From positions 124,001-188,000 of IMG/VR virus record IMGVR_UViG_3300020473_000011: DNA of 64,000 bases, one strand, 5' to 3'. The notes below the pieces were generated by a model that made no database searches, was not told the origin of the DNA, and saw only the letters and a list, made by a program, of their open reading frames with translations. Position 1 is the first letter of the stretch. Every line of letters starts with the position of its first letter. The translations under genes and the position numbers were made by a program. Shown one piece after another: positions 27,663 through 35,834 of this stretch.

Positions 27663-27932
27663 TTATTTAAGTGGGGTGGCTGAGAAGATTGGCTCGTACT
27701 CACGCTCTACTGTAAAGATACCTCGGCTCACACCTGTCGCATCAAAGATTTGAACTGTGCATGGCCAGCTTGCTTCATGGCCGTCATTGTCGTGATAGTG
27801 TTCTGCTGCGGCCTCTGCTACATACTGTGGGTACTCTTCAATATCCCAGTGTGTTAGGAAGCTGTCATCAGGCTCGTGATCGGGTTTGTCATTGTAGGGG
27901 ATGCTAAAGCCATATTTGTTTTCGTTGCTCAT
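27663..27932 (-). CDS. Acidic hypothetical protein
   Basis: 89 aa, AAGGA RBS. Confidence 0.65.
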   Translation of the reverse strand: MSNENKYGFSIPYNDKPDHEPDDSFLTHWDIEEYPQYVAEAAAEHYHDNDGHEASWPCTVQIFDATGVSRGIFTVEREYEPIFSATPLK

Positions 27933-28073
27933 TGTCTTCCTTTCTCTCTGACCTCGGGTCAGATTATTTATGACTGTCCTGTGCGGGGCGCTATCTCTTG
28001 GCGTCTGCCCTTGGGTCAGACCAGTCTAGTTTCGATTAGGGAGTTTGACCCGTCTGTCCTCGGGTCAGAGTAT

Positions 28074-28307
28074 TTACTTGATGTACTGCCTGATATGGCC
28101 GTCTTTGCACAGGGCTGTTAGATTACCCAGTTCGTCGAAGGCAAAGGCATGTACTTCAACACCAGCGCCTTCCTTACTATCTTGCTTGGTGATTTTACCA
28201 CCGCGAAGGTGTCTAGCCTTTAAGTAGGTTGCCAGCTTTTTGTCACTTACCCATTTCTCATCAAGCCCTTGTAGCGCTTCCTCAATTACCTGTGCTGTTA
28301 CTTTCAT
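28074..28307 (-). CDS. Hypothetical protein
   Basis: 77 aa, AAGGA RBS. Confidence 0.65.
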   Translation of the reverse strand: MKVTAQVIEEALQGLDEKWVSDKKLATYLKARHLRGGKITKQDSKEGAGVEVHAFAFDELGNLTALCKDGHIRQYIK

Positions 28308-28350
28308 AATCCTTAACCTATCTACTTAGAGTTAGATGCCTGCCCTCGGG

Positions 28351-28842
28351 TCAGACCGACTGTCCTGTGCGGGCGGCGCGTTGCGCTTTACTTCGTTGTA
28401 CAATGTTTCTTAGTGGGTCACGTAAGTCTATGACTACAGGGGCAAACTCGATGCACTCGAAGTCATGTACCCACTGTACGTTATCACCTAAATCAAGAGT
28501 GGCCTGTGTACGTTTTGCAACGACACTCACAAGATTCTTTGCATGGTCAGCATCTAAGTCCACATAATGGCCAAAGAAGCCGTCCTTTTCTATGCGGCCT
28601 GTGTAGGCTATGTAGTACTTGCCCGCAGTCTCCGCCATTTCGCGAACAGTGACAGTCCCGACTTCAACCAGTGTAAAGGTACCTATAGGGAAACTTGGGC
28701 GGTCAAATTCATCACTCGATACATCTTTAGGCACAAGTGCTCTATAAGTCTGACCCGCGTGGCACCGCGCAAACTCTTCATCGAAAAGTGCAGAGAGTAG
28801 CCGCCTGTCATCAGTGACCTTAATAACGGTTATCGTAGACAT
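28351..28842 (-). CDS. Hypothetical protein (paralog of 28870..29340)
   Basis: TITVIKVTDD...HAGQTYRA...FPIGTF vs TITHIKVTSD...HAGKTYRA...FPVGTF. Confidence 0.75.
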   Translation of the reverse strand: MSTITVIKVTDDRRLLSALFDEEFARCHAGQTYRALVPKDVSSDEFDRPSFPIGTFTLVEVGTVTVREMAETAGKYYIAYTGRIEKDGFFGHYVDLDADHAKNLVSVVAKRTQATLDLGDNVQWVHDFECIEFAPVVIDLRDPLRNIVQRSKAQRAARTGQSV

Positions 28843-28869
28843 GTGGTGTTATTCCTCTAGTGGACGCTA

Positions 28870-29253
28870 TTAACAAAACCAAGCAGGGGCGTACGCGTTT
28901 TCCCAGACAATTGCTGAGTTAGTTTCGCCCGCCACATCAACAGCAATCTCAAAGGCGTCAACACCCTCAAGCTCGTCAGTCTGGTCACTGAAACCAAAGT
29001 CGTCGGCGCTGCCTTCGAATGACACTTCGTAAAGCTCTTCTTCGTCGTGCATTTCAGTGATGATCACCTTACCTGTCGAAAGGTCTTCGAAAGTACCCAC
29101 TGGGAACTTAACTGTTGAGCACTCAGCCCAACCATCGTTTAAAACGGCACGGTACGTCTTACCTGCATGCTGTTCAGCGTAAGTAGCATCCCATACACGG
29201 GTTAAGGCTTCTTTGTCACTGGTTACCTTGATGTGGGTAATTGTTTTGTACAT
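28870..29253 (-). CDS. Hypothetical protein (paralog of 28351..28842)
   Basis: Start placed at MYKTIT because the TTGTAC-N17-TATAGT promoter lies at 29316-29288. Confidence 0.7.
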   Translation of the reverse strand: MYKTITHIKVTSDKEALTRVWDATYAEQHAGKTYRAVLNDGWAECSTVKFPVGTFEDLSTGKVIITEMHDEEELYEVSFEGSADDFGFSDQTDELEGVDAFEIAVDVAGETNSAIVWENAYAPAWFC

Positions 29254-29433
29254 AGTGTCGGTCTCATTTATATCGGTTAATGAGGCCACTATAGCAGCTT
29301 GATAATCGTTGTACAACGTTTTTATTTGGTTTAATTCCACTGTGGGGCAGGGGTTTTCGTGACTGTCCTGTGCGGGGCGCAGTAGGGCTGAATGTCAATG
29401 GTGCAGGCTGTCTGACCCGCACTCATTTTTTAT

Positions 29434-29775
29434 TTAGGCAGGCATGTCCTCTTCGATGATCAGAAGCTCATCATCAGGACAAAGCGCTGACACATCGTCG
29501 AGCTTACCCAGCTGCTTCGCGTCGTAAAGGTCTGTTAGTGGGCAACCTGTCATACCGACGGGCAGTACCTGACCCTTTTCCGAATAGAGATAGCTCACAA
29601 ACGGTGTCGACGTGCCTTTCGTCGTAATCTCGTAGATAGCAAAGCTGCCATGAATACTATCGTCGTCTGTAGGAATACGCACACGGTTACCGAACTTGAT
29701 CAGTGTTCCTGTGCTGTCACAAAACCCTGTGCACTGCTCCGCTGTATTACTCGTCATGTGTGTCACCTTATTCAT
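29434..29775 (-). CDS. Hypothetical protein (YopX-like start)
   Basis: EQCTGFCDSTGTLIKFGNRV resembles the YopX QxTGxxDxxGxxIxEGD motif. Confidence 0.5.
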   Translation of the reverse strand: MNKVTHMTSNTAEQCTGFCDSTGTLIKFGNRVRIPTDDDSIHGSFAIYEITTKGTSTPFVSYLYSEKGQVLPVGMTGCPLTDLYDAKQLGKLDDVSALCPDDELLIIEEDMPA

Positions 29776-30109
29776 ATAAAGGGGCTAAGTTGTTACGGGC
29801 TTCGGCTTTACGGATAGCTTCTGCTGCTCTTTCGGCGCTTAGGAAAGCATCTTCATCCATCGCACCGCTCTGTGCATAGGATGCAGCTACCTCTTCGCGT
29901 ACAGCATTAAATTCATTAAGCGTCAGTTTTACGTATTGGGTCTTACTAGCCCTGACGCGGTCTTCCTGATCGGGCTTGGTGTTGGCCTTATTCTTGACAT
30001 AGAATTTAGGTGCTCTAAGTTTTGACATACATAGCCCCTTATTTATAAACCATTGAGTAACGCGGGATGTAACCATAGCCACCTGTTGGGATGTATACTC
30101 GGCGGCCAC
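29768..30109 (-). CDS. Hypothetical protein
   Basis: Likely start at MSKLRAPK. Confidence 0.55.
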   Translation of the reverse strand: MAAEYTSQQVAMVTSRVTQWFINKGLCMSKLRAPKFYVKNKANTKPDQEDRVRASKTQYVKLTLNEFNAVREEVAASYAQSGAMDEDAFLSAERAAEAIRKAEARNNLAPLYE

Positions 30110-30332
30110 GAAAGCCTGCTTCTTCTGCTGCGTCTCTAATGCGAGACTTCCACGTGTTGTGGCTCAGGGTGATAGCGTTATCCTCGCTGAACTCTTCCGC
30201 AAGTTCTTGGTTATTTGCGTCAAGACCTTCCCAGCCCTTGCCATTCTCACTGCGCTTTCTTGCTGCCCAGTCGACTAACCACTGGATCTGTTCTTTCTTT
30301 GATGTTGGCTTTCTGCCATCGTATGCGGTCAT
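30039..30332 (-). CDS. Hypothetical protein
   Basis: 97 aa, AAGGA RBS. Confidence 0.6.
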   Translation of the reverse strand: MTAYDGRKPTSKKEQIQWLVDWAARKRSENGKGWEGLDANNQELAEEFSEDNAITLSHNTWKSRIRDAAEEAGFRGRRVYIPTGGYGYIPRYSMVYK

Positions 30333-30340
30333 GATAGTCC

Positions 30341-30604
30341 TTATAAAGGGGTTAAGTTGAGAAAGGCTGCATTGTCATTAATGCCACGCTCTCGTGCAAT
30401 TTTGTTAACAAGCTTAGCAAAGAGTGGGCTTGGTATATCACTCGCTTTGAGTGTCGCCATTTGATCACAATAACGGCACATGAAGTGCACGGAAGGCGGC
30501 ATCGTGTTTGACTCGCGAAAGTCATCAACTGCTAGACCCGTGCGCTGTGCACCACACTCGTTACAGGTGGCATTGATGGTCGGTATTCCAATCTTTAAAC
30601 TCAT
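30341..30604 (-). CDS. Zn-ribbon-like protein
   Basis: CNEC...CRYC. Confidence 0.6.
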   Translation of the reverse strand: MSLKIGIPTINATCNECGAQRTGLAVDDFRESNTMPPSVHFMCRYCDQMATLKASDIPSPLFAKLVNKIARERGINDNAAFLNLTPL

Positions 30605-30612
30605 TGGCTGCT

Positions 30613-30885
30613 CTAAGGTTTTGTTTTATCCACCCAGCCTTCACTAAGTCCCAAGAACTTAGTTAGACCACTCTTGGCATCTTGTACACGCTTATAGCTG
30701 CGGCCGTCTGAGCCGAACCAGCCATCATAGCTTTGGGTACCGTTATGGCGGTTAGCTGGGTCTACACGCAACCTAAAACCATCATGAGCGCTTCGAATGC
30801 TAAAGGTCTCATCATCACATTTTAGTTCTAGGTGTACATGTTTAGACATTTTCTTTACCTGTTTTGATAGCGATTGGCACCACAC
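30613..30885 (-). CDS. Hypothetical protein
   Basis: Likely start at MSKHVH. Confidence 0.55.
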   Translation of the reverse strand: MWCQSLSKQVKKMSKHVHLELKCDDETFSIRSAHDGFRLRVDPANRHNGTQSYDGWFGSDGRSYKRVQDAKSGLTKFLGLSEGWVDKTKP

Positions 30886-31411
30886 TAAATGTTCCCGTCA
30901 TACAGCTCGTACCATGATGGCCGACGGGGGCTGTATCTAGATAATCCGATAGTTCATCAGACACCACAAAATCCTCTTTGAAAGACAACGGGATCTGATC
31001 TTGCCAGCGCTCCATTGCGATACGGTCTTGCTCGGCTAAGTCTTTATCAAAGTAAATCGCTAGCCTTATAGGGCACTCTACATCACTACAGTACAAAGCG
31101 TAAACCTCTGGTGCACGTAACCCCTTAGCGAGGCCGTGGTAGTACTCTTTCATTGCTGGGAGTACGTCAGCCAGCGACAGGTGCTGTTCTGGGCAGCGCA
31201 CAAGTCCACTTGTAAACTCCTGCACAGCTGCAACTTTCACGGCAGTAGGGTTGTTTACGTTGGCCTCTACTTGAGCCTGTAGTGCGACTACGGTGCTTTG
31301 TAGCATGTCTACGTGGTCAAGTATGTCCTGAGCTTCTGCCCCCGTTAGGCGTATACCCATCCACGTATCGACGCTTACTTGGTGTCTTAATTTTTCTAGG
31401 CCGTTTTGCAT
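30842..31411 (-). CDS. Hypothetical protein
   Basis: 189-aa coupled ORF. Confidence 0.65.
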   Translation of the reverse strand: MQNGLEKLRHQVSVDTWMGIRLTGAEAQDILDHVDMLQSTVVALQAQVEANVNNPTAVKVAAVQEFTSGLVRCPEQHLSLADVLPAMKEYYHGLAKGLRAPEVYALYCSDVECPIRLAIYFDKDLAEQDRIAMERWQDQIPLSFKEDFVVSDELSDYLDTAPVGHHGTSCMTGTFSVVPIAIKTGKENV

Positions 31412-31644
31412 CAGTGCATTACCTTGTTATCTTTGCTTGGCGGCGCGCTAAAGCGCTCGTCCAGTTCTTTATCTTCGGCACCAGCCATCCAACTACGAAG
31501 GCGATGCCACTTTTCTTCGGTGCAGCTTTCGCACTGCTCGTAGTAGAATGCTTCTTCTGCGGTCATCGTCGCGCCACAATGACAGGGCGTCGGCAAGTAA
31601 TCGCGTTCGAACTCTTTTAGGGTTTGCTTATTCTTTGTTGCCAT
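31411..31644 (-). CDS. Small Zn-finger-like protein
   Basis: CHC...CESC. Confidence 0.6.
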   Translation of the reverse strand: MATKNKQTLKEFERDYLPTPCHCGATMTAEEAFYYEQCESCTEEKWHRLRSWMAGAEDKELDERFSAPPSKDNKVMH

Positions 31645-32005
31645 CAGCTTTCTCGTTTAGGCCAGCTAGAATTTCGCTGATACGTTCACGTAAGTCACAT
31701 TTGCCGTTCTCACTATCAATAAGAGCCATGCCAAGGTAACAGGCCATGGCCGTGTTAGCTGAACGCTTGATCTCGTCATGGTTCGACATATAAGCATTAC
31801 AAAAAGAATCAAAGCGCTCTACAATTTCAGGAAGGGCAGCCTCTGCGTTAAACTTGGCAAGGATAGGCAGTAAGCCCCACTCATCGTCAGGTACGTGCTG
31901 ATGTGAAATGTTTGAATCTGCTATGCTGTTACTCATTAATACACTGCTCCGCGCTGGCGTCGACGAGTTGGTCGAGTTTGTTGTTACGGTGTGCCTCATC
32001 GACAA
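31628..32005 (-). CDS. Hypothetical protein
   Basis: Likely start at MSNSIA. Confidence 0.55.
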   Translation of the reverse strand: MSMRHTVTTNSTNSSTPARSSVLMSNSIADSNISHQHVPDDEWGLLPILAKFNAEAALPEIVERFDSFCNAYMSNHDEIKRSANTAMACYLGMALIDSENGKCDLRERISEILAGLNEKADGNKE

Positions 32006-32513
32006 TGCGTTTGTAGATGTCTTGGCCTACCTTACTTTTAGATACACGCAGATTCATTAACGTTGCCATAGCCTGATCGTATTTATGAGCATCTATCAGC
32101 GGTTGTATTTCTTGCATACAAATAGCGTGTAGTTCTTCGTATGCCTTACCCAGTGACAATAAGTTATTATTCACCGCGTCAATGGCAGCGCTTAACTTAC
32201 GACGTTTGACGTAGCTATCGAACTCGTACATATCAATAATGTGTAGGTCATCAGTATGACCCTTACAGCGTACCTTTAAGCGATTGTCATTTATCAAAAC
32301 ATAGTAGAACTCAAGCTCTGCCCAAGTAACTGTTAGGACTGTCTTATTAACGGGGTAGCCACTTAGTATCTGTGACCAAGTAGCGTTAGGCGACTCATTA
32401 AAGAGGGTACGCAGCGCGGCCTCTTTGTCGAACTCATCTATTTTCATTAGCCTCTCCAAACTGAGGTGATTGTCTATTCCGATGCCGATGGCCTCTTCGA
32501 AATTAGGTTCCAC
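31929..32513 (-). CDS. Hypothetical protein
   Basis: 194-aa ORF. Confidence 0.65.
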   Translation of the reverse strand: MEPNFEEAIGIGIDNHLSLERLMKIDEFDKEAALRTLFNESPNATWSQILSGYPVNKTVLTVTWAELEFYYVLINDNRLKVRCKGHTDDLHIIDMYEFDSYVKRRKLSAAIDAVNNNLLSLGKAYEELHAICMQEIQPLIDAHKYDQAMATLMNLRVSKSKVGQDIYKRIVDEAHRNNKLDQLVDASAEQCINE

Positions 32514-33058
32514 TAAAGCGCCTCTTCGGGGATCTGAATATCAGACGTTTGCCCGAATTTACTCGAAACCATTGGCACATGTAAATGGCGTATTACGATT
32601 GGCAGCGACGTACGGAAGTCAAACACACACTGTGTGACATCCTTTGGTATCTCTCCGCCGTCACGTGTGGTGAAGACTTCGTCAATACCACGATGAATGC
32701 TCACAAGCTCATACGACTGACCATCATCCGCTTTAACGTACTTAAATTCGAAGCAGGCTTTTGAATGGGCTTCTATAACCTGACCGCCAAACAGTTCGAG
32801 TTCTTCTTCCATTCTCGCGTTGATGATTGTGTACACGATAGAAAGCTCGTCCGTCATTTTACCGTGCTCGTAGTTGACGTGAATACGTTGGTCGGCTGTG
32901 CTGATAATATCGGGGCGTATCGCACGGCTGCTGTAGTTAAACACGTGGTAAGTGTGCTCGTAGTTAACTACGCTTGAGCTGTCCAGCGTGTTTTGGATAA
33001 CTGTTGCATTTACGTCGTTTGGCAGCTGAAATCGAAATCGTAGGGTCGTTGCGTCCAT
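32513..33058 (-). CDS. Hypothetical protein
   Basis: 181-aa ORF, GAGGA RBS. Confidence 0.65.
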   Translation of the reverse strand: MDATTLRFRFQLPNDVNATVIQNTLDSSSVVNYEHTYHVFNYSSRAIRPDIISTADQRIHVNYEHGKMTDELSIVYTIINARMEEELELFGGQVIEAHSKACFEFKYVKADDGQSYELVSIHRGIDEVFTTRDGGEIPKDVTQCVFDFRTSLPIVIRHLHVPMVSSKFGQTSDIQIPEEAL

Positions 33059-33060
33059 GG

Positions 33061-33288
33061 TTAGTCCTCGTGTTGGCGCTGGTTGTGTAGCGCGATAATC
33101 TTTTCAGCTTTCATCACCACGTCGTTAGGGCGCTGGCCACTTAACGACATTGCGTGTACGGTTGCTATCGGTGCCGTTGTAACAGTGCTGTACGTAAAGG
33201 CACGCGTGCCAGCAAAGCTCTCTTTCAGCGCTTCCTCACTCGCTAATACGTTACCACCGTCTAGGTCAATGTATATCGTTGTACTCAT
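33061..33288 (-). CDS. Hypothetical protein
   Basis: 75-aa coupled ORF. Confidence 0.55.
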   Translation of the reverse strand: MSTTIYIDLDGGNVLASEEALKESFAGTRAFTYSTVTTAPIATVHAMSLSGQRPNDVVMKAEKIIALHNQRQHED

Positions 33289-33485
33289 AGCTGATTTACC
33301 TTTGCTTCTGGGTCTTTACGACCACCGTGACCACCATACTTACAATCGGTACACTCCAAGGATGTCTGGTATTCGCAGTCAAACTCTCGCGTCCATTCAT
33401 CCGTATAGCCGAGGCACTTAGGATGTTTTGCAGGTACTGAGGTGTCCAAGCTGGGCAAGATCTCGCTTAATAGGCGGTTCTTCAT
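33285..33485 (-). CDS. Small Cys-rich protein
   Basis: C...C...CTDC. Confidence 0.55.
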   Translation of the reverse strand: MKNRLLSEILPSLDTSVPAKHPKCLGYTDEWTREFDCEYQTSLECTDCKYGGHGGRKDPEAKVNQL

Positions 33486-33598
33486 TATTTGGGTCTCGGT
33501 CTCTATTATTAAATTTTAGTATCGCTGGTAAGATAGCAGACGTTTGTTTAAGTTACAAGCGTTGTACAACGAAAAGTTCTGTGGGACAGTCAATTTGG

Positions 33599-33805
33599 TT
33601 AAATTGCGGGCATGAAGACGCCACCACAGTAGCGGGTGGTCAGGTCGTTAATGAGTGCTTGCTCAGAGGGGGTTATTTTCGGGTGGTCTACGTACCGCCA
33701 GCGAGTTTCATACATCTGTATTGCATGGTCTGGCCGAATGTAGCGACCATGCTGATCCCACAGCAAGGAATCCAGCTGCGTGTATAGCTTGCGGTCAATC
33801 AGCAT
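33599..33805 (-). CDS. Small protein resembling partners of AbiEii-type nucleotidyltransferase toxins
   Basis: QLDSLLWD...AIQMYETRWRYVD...SEQALINDL...GGVF matches my recollection of the YERNWRHVD family; no search was run. Confidence 0.55.
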   Translation of the reverse strand: MLIDRKLYTQLDSLLWDQHGRYIRPDHAIQMYETRWRYVDHPKITPSEQALINDLTTRYCGGVFMPAI

Positions 33806-33808
33806 TCG

Positions 33809-34213
33809 TTAACGTACCATCAGGGCAATGCCTGCGGCTGCGAGTAGCCCGCCAATGATAAAGAAGCCATCGGCCATCCGTCGTATGACCTTTCGATAGT
33901 TGTATTGTAAGTACAAGCGCTCTTGATGTATGCCACCGCCTTCTTCGCCGTGGATATGGAATCGTATAGACTTACCGCGTTCAATGAGTTTTTCTAGGTG
34001 GTCGTCGTCCATAAAGCGTATGTACATGACGGATTCGCGCTCGGTGAAAGGTATGGTTTCCCAATCCAGTCTGTCCCACAAGTGTGAGTGTGGTAATAAG
34101 TGGTTTGTTCTGTCAATGCCATGTGGCGGGTGTATATAGTCGACTTGCAGGTCATCGACCATTTGTGGTGTTGGAAAGCGTCTGTAATACGCCAGTATTA
34201 TTCTTTTGAACAT
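33809..34213 (-). CDS. Hypothetical membrane-anchored protein
   Basis: C-terminal TM segment. Confidence 0.6.
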   Translation of the reverse strand: MFKRIILAYYRRFPTPQMVDDLQVDYIHPPHGIDRTNHLLPHSHLWDRLDWETIPFTERESVMYIRFMDDDHLEKLIERGKSIRFHIHGEEGGGIHQERLYLQYNYRKVIRRMADGFFIIGGLLAAAGIALMVR

Positions 34214-34415
34214 AGCGATGTCTTATCGGTTTTTCTAAGTACGGGTAAAAAGAGTGATTGTACAACCAATTTGGGCAAATGGTATTAAACCAACCAGTTG
34301 TACAATCACTTAAATAAGATGAGCGCCACCCTTGTTTATCCAGTAGGGAACAAACAATGGTTTGGTTCTGGTTGGGAACTATGTCTCATCTTATCCCTAA
34401 GTATCTCTCGGTGTC

Positions 34416-35501
34416 CTAGGGGGCGAGAACTATAGCAAGGTTCTTCATCAATTTCCAGCTGATTAACGACGGAATCCCGCTGCAACGCTCGTATTGTGAC
34501 TTGATTGGCGTCTCATTATCAAAGCCCCATGTATCGGGTACCGTTTGCAGGCGCAGACTCTCGCGAACAGTGAAGCGACGGCTTGACCCATCAGACATAC
34601 GCATGATCTGTGCAGCGTTCTTACCCATCGGACTCGACATAATGGTGCGTGATGGACGGTCTTTGCTGATCACAGACAGGAACGTCGTGCGGCCACCCGA
34701 TGAATAGTAGGCTCCAAGCATGAAGTCTTTTTGGTCTTGTTCAGGTAGATTACGCCAGTTACCACCTTCGGGAACCTTATGTACAAACGGTTTCTCATCG
34801 TTACGCAGTGTCCATTTCTCGTGGTACTCATGGTTATTGTGACCGTCGGGCGTCTCAGGTAAACCTTTTAGTGCATCGGCCAGCGTGAATTGCACAGGGC
34901 TTTTCTCTGGGAACTGGAACTCACCCTCAAGGTCTTTACGTACCCCAACGATAAAGACGCGCTCTCGGCGCTGGGGCACACCATACTCGGAGCAATCAAT
35001 AACTTGCCACTTAACTTTGAACTCGGTAGACAGGCGCTCAATCATTTCCTCAAAGAAAGGCATATTCTTGCGGTCAACGAGACCACGCACGTTTTCTATT
35101 AGGAACCCTTTAGGCTTCTTGTATAGGTAGCAATCAACGAGTAGTTCAGCAAGGTTACCATTCTTTTCGCAAGCAGCGCCGTTACCCTCTCCTGATCGTG
35201 ACCATGGTTTACAGGGGAATCCGCCTGTGTAGACGTCAGCATCAGGGATGTCGTCAAAGTTAAGTGTCTTTGCATTGAGTACAACGGCAACGTTGGCAAT
35301 GTTCTTGTTAAAGTTACGTACGGCGTGTTTGTTATTATCAAAGGCGAAGATTGTTTCAAAGCCTGCGTACTCTGTCCCAATTGCCCCCACACCTGCACCG
35401 CAGTAGAAGTCCACAACTGTTAACCCGTTCTTTGGTAACTGGGTCATTTGCTCACCATTAGGGCAGCCGTGCAGCTGCGCCTCGTGCACATAATTGTTCA
35501 T
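34416..35501 (-). CDS. C5-cytosine DNA methyltransferase (orphan)
   Basis: Motif I DFYCGAG, IV GGFPC, VI ENV, VIII PQRRERVF, IX RRFTVRE..RLQ. Confidence 0.95.
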   Translation of the reverse strand: MNNYVHEAQLHGCPNGEQMTQLPKNGLTVVDFYCGAGVGAIGTEYAGFETIFAFDNNKHAVRNFNKNIANVAVVLNAKTLNFDDIPDADVYTGGFPCKPWSRSGEGNGAACEKNGNLAELLVDCYLYKKPKGFLIENVRGLVDRKNMPFFEEMIERLSTEFKVKWQVIDCSEYGVPQRRERVFIVGVRKDLEGEFQFPEKSPVQFTLADALKGLPETPDGHNNHEYHEKWTLRNDEKPFVHKVPEGGNWRNLPEQDQKDFMLGAYYSSGGRTTFLSVISKDRPSRTIMSSPMGKNAAQIMRMSDGSSRRFTVRESLRLQTVPDTWGFDNETPIKSQYERCSGIPSLISWKLMKNLAIVLAP

Positions 35502-35834
35502 ATCTTGGTCTCATTTCTTAGTCAAATTAAGTAGCTCTCTGTAGCTACTTTTTTAAGTCTATCAGTTTTGTTTGTGAGGACCAACTAACTTGTTAGATCT
35601 TTACTGGTGGGGTTGTAGTGCGGGATTGCTGAGTATTTATACTCAAATCGTTGTACAAAACTACTTGCGGTGCAGGCGATTTCGTGTACACTATATACTC
35701 GTAAAAAGGCTAAAACGTGACTAGTAACTTGCCGTAAAAATGTACTAAGATAAAGGGACTAGCTTTGCGACCAGCACTTCAAGATCGTGTTAGCCGTTAG
35801 ATGGATTTAAGAAAAAGAATTAAGGTAGACCGAT

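Larger units (their letters stand above)
24806..28353. repeat. Cluster of 13 TGACC-N3-GGTCA-like palindromic sites (consensus TGHCCTCGGGTCA)
   Basis: Copies at 24806, 24885, 25007, 25166, 25995, 26059, 26115, 26559, 27648, 27949, 28006, 28055, 28341; two more at 771 and 892. Confidence 0.9.
26490..29380 (+). repeat. Polar repeat GACT(G/A)TCCTGTGCGG
   Basis: Copies at 26490, 26612, 26735, 27972, 28358, 29361 (partial at 27283), all in the same orientation. Confidence 0.9.

Noticed and set aside
24800-29400. CRISPR array or integron attC array
   Set aside because: The repeats are 13-20 bp and irregularly spaced, there are no constant-length spacers or attC-type long imperfect hairpins, and no cas or integrase gene is present in the window.
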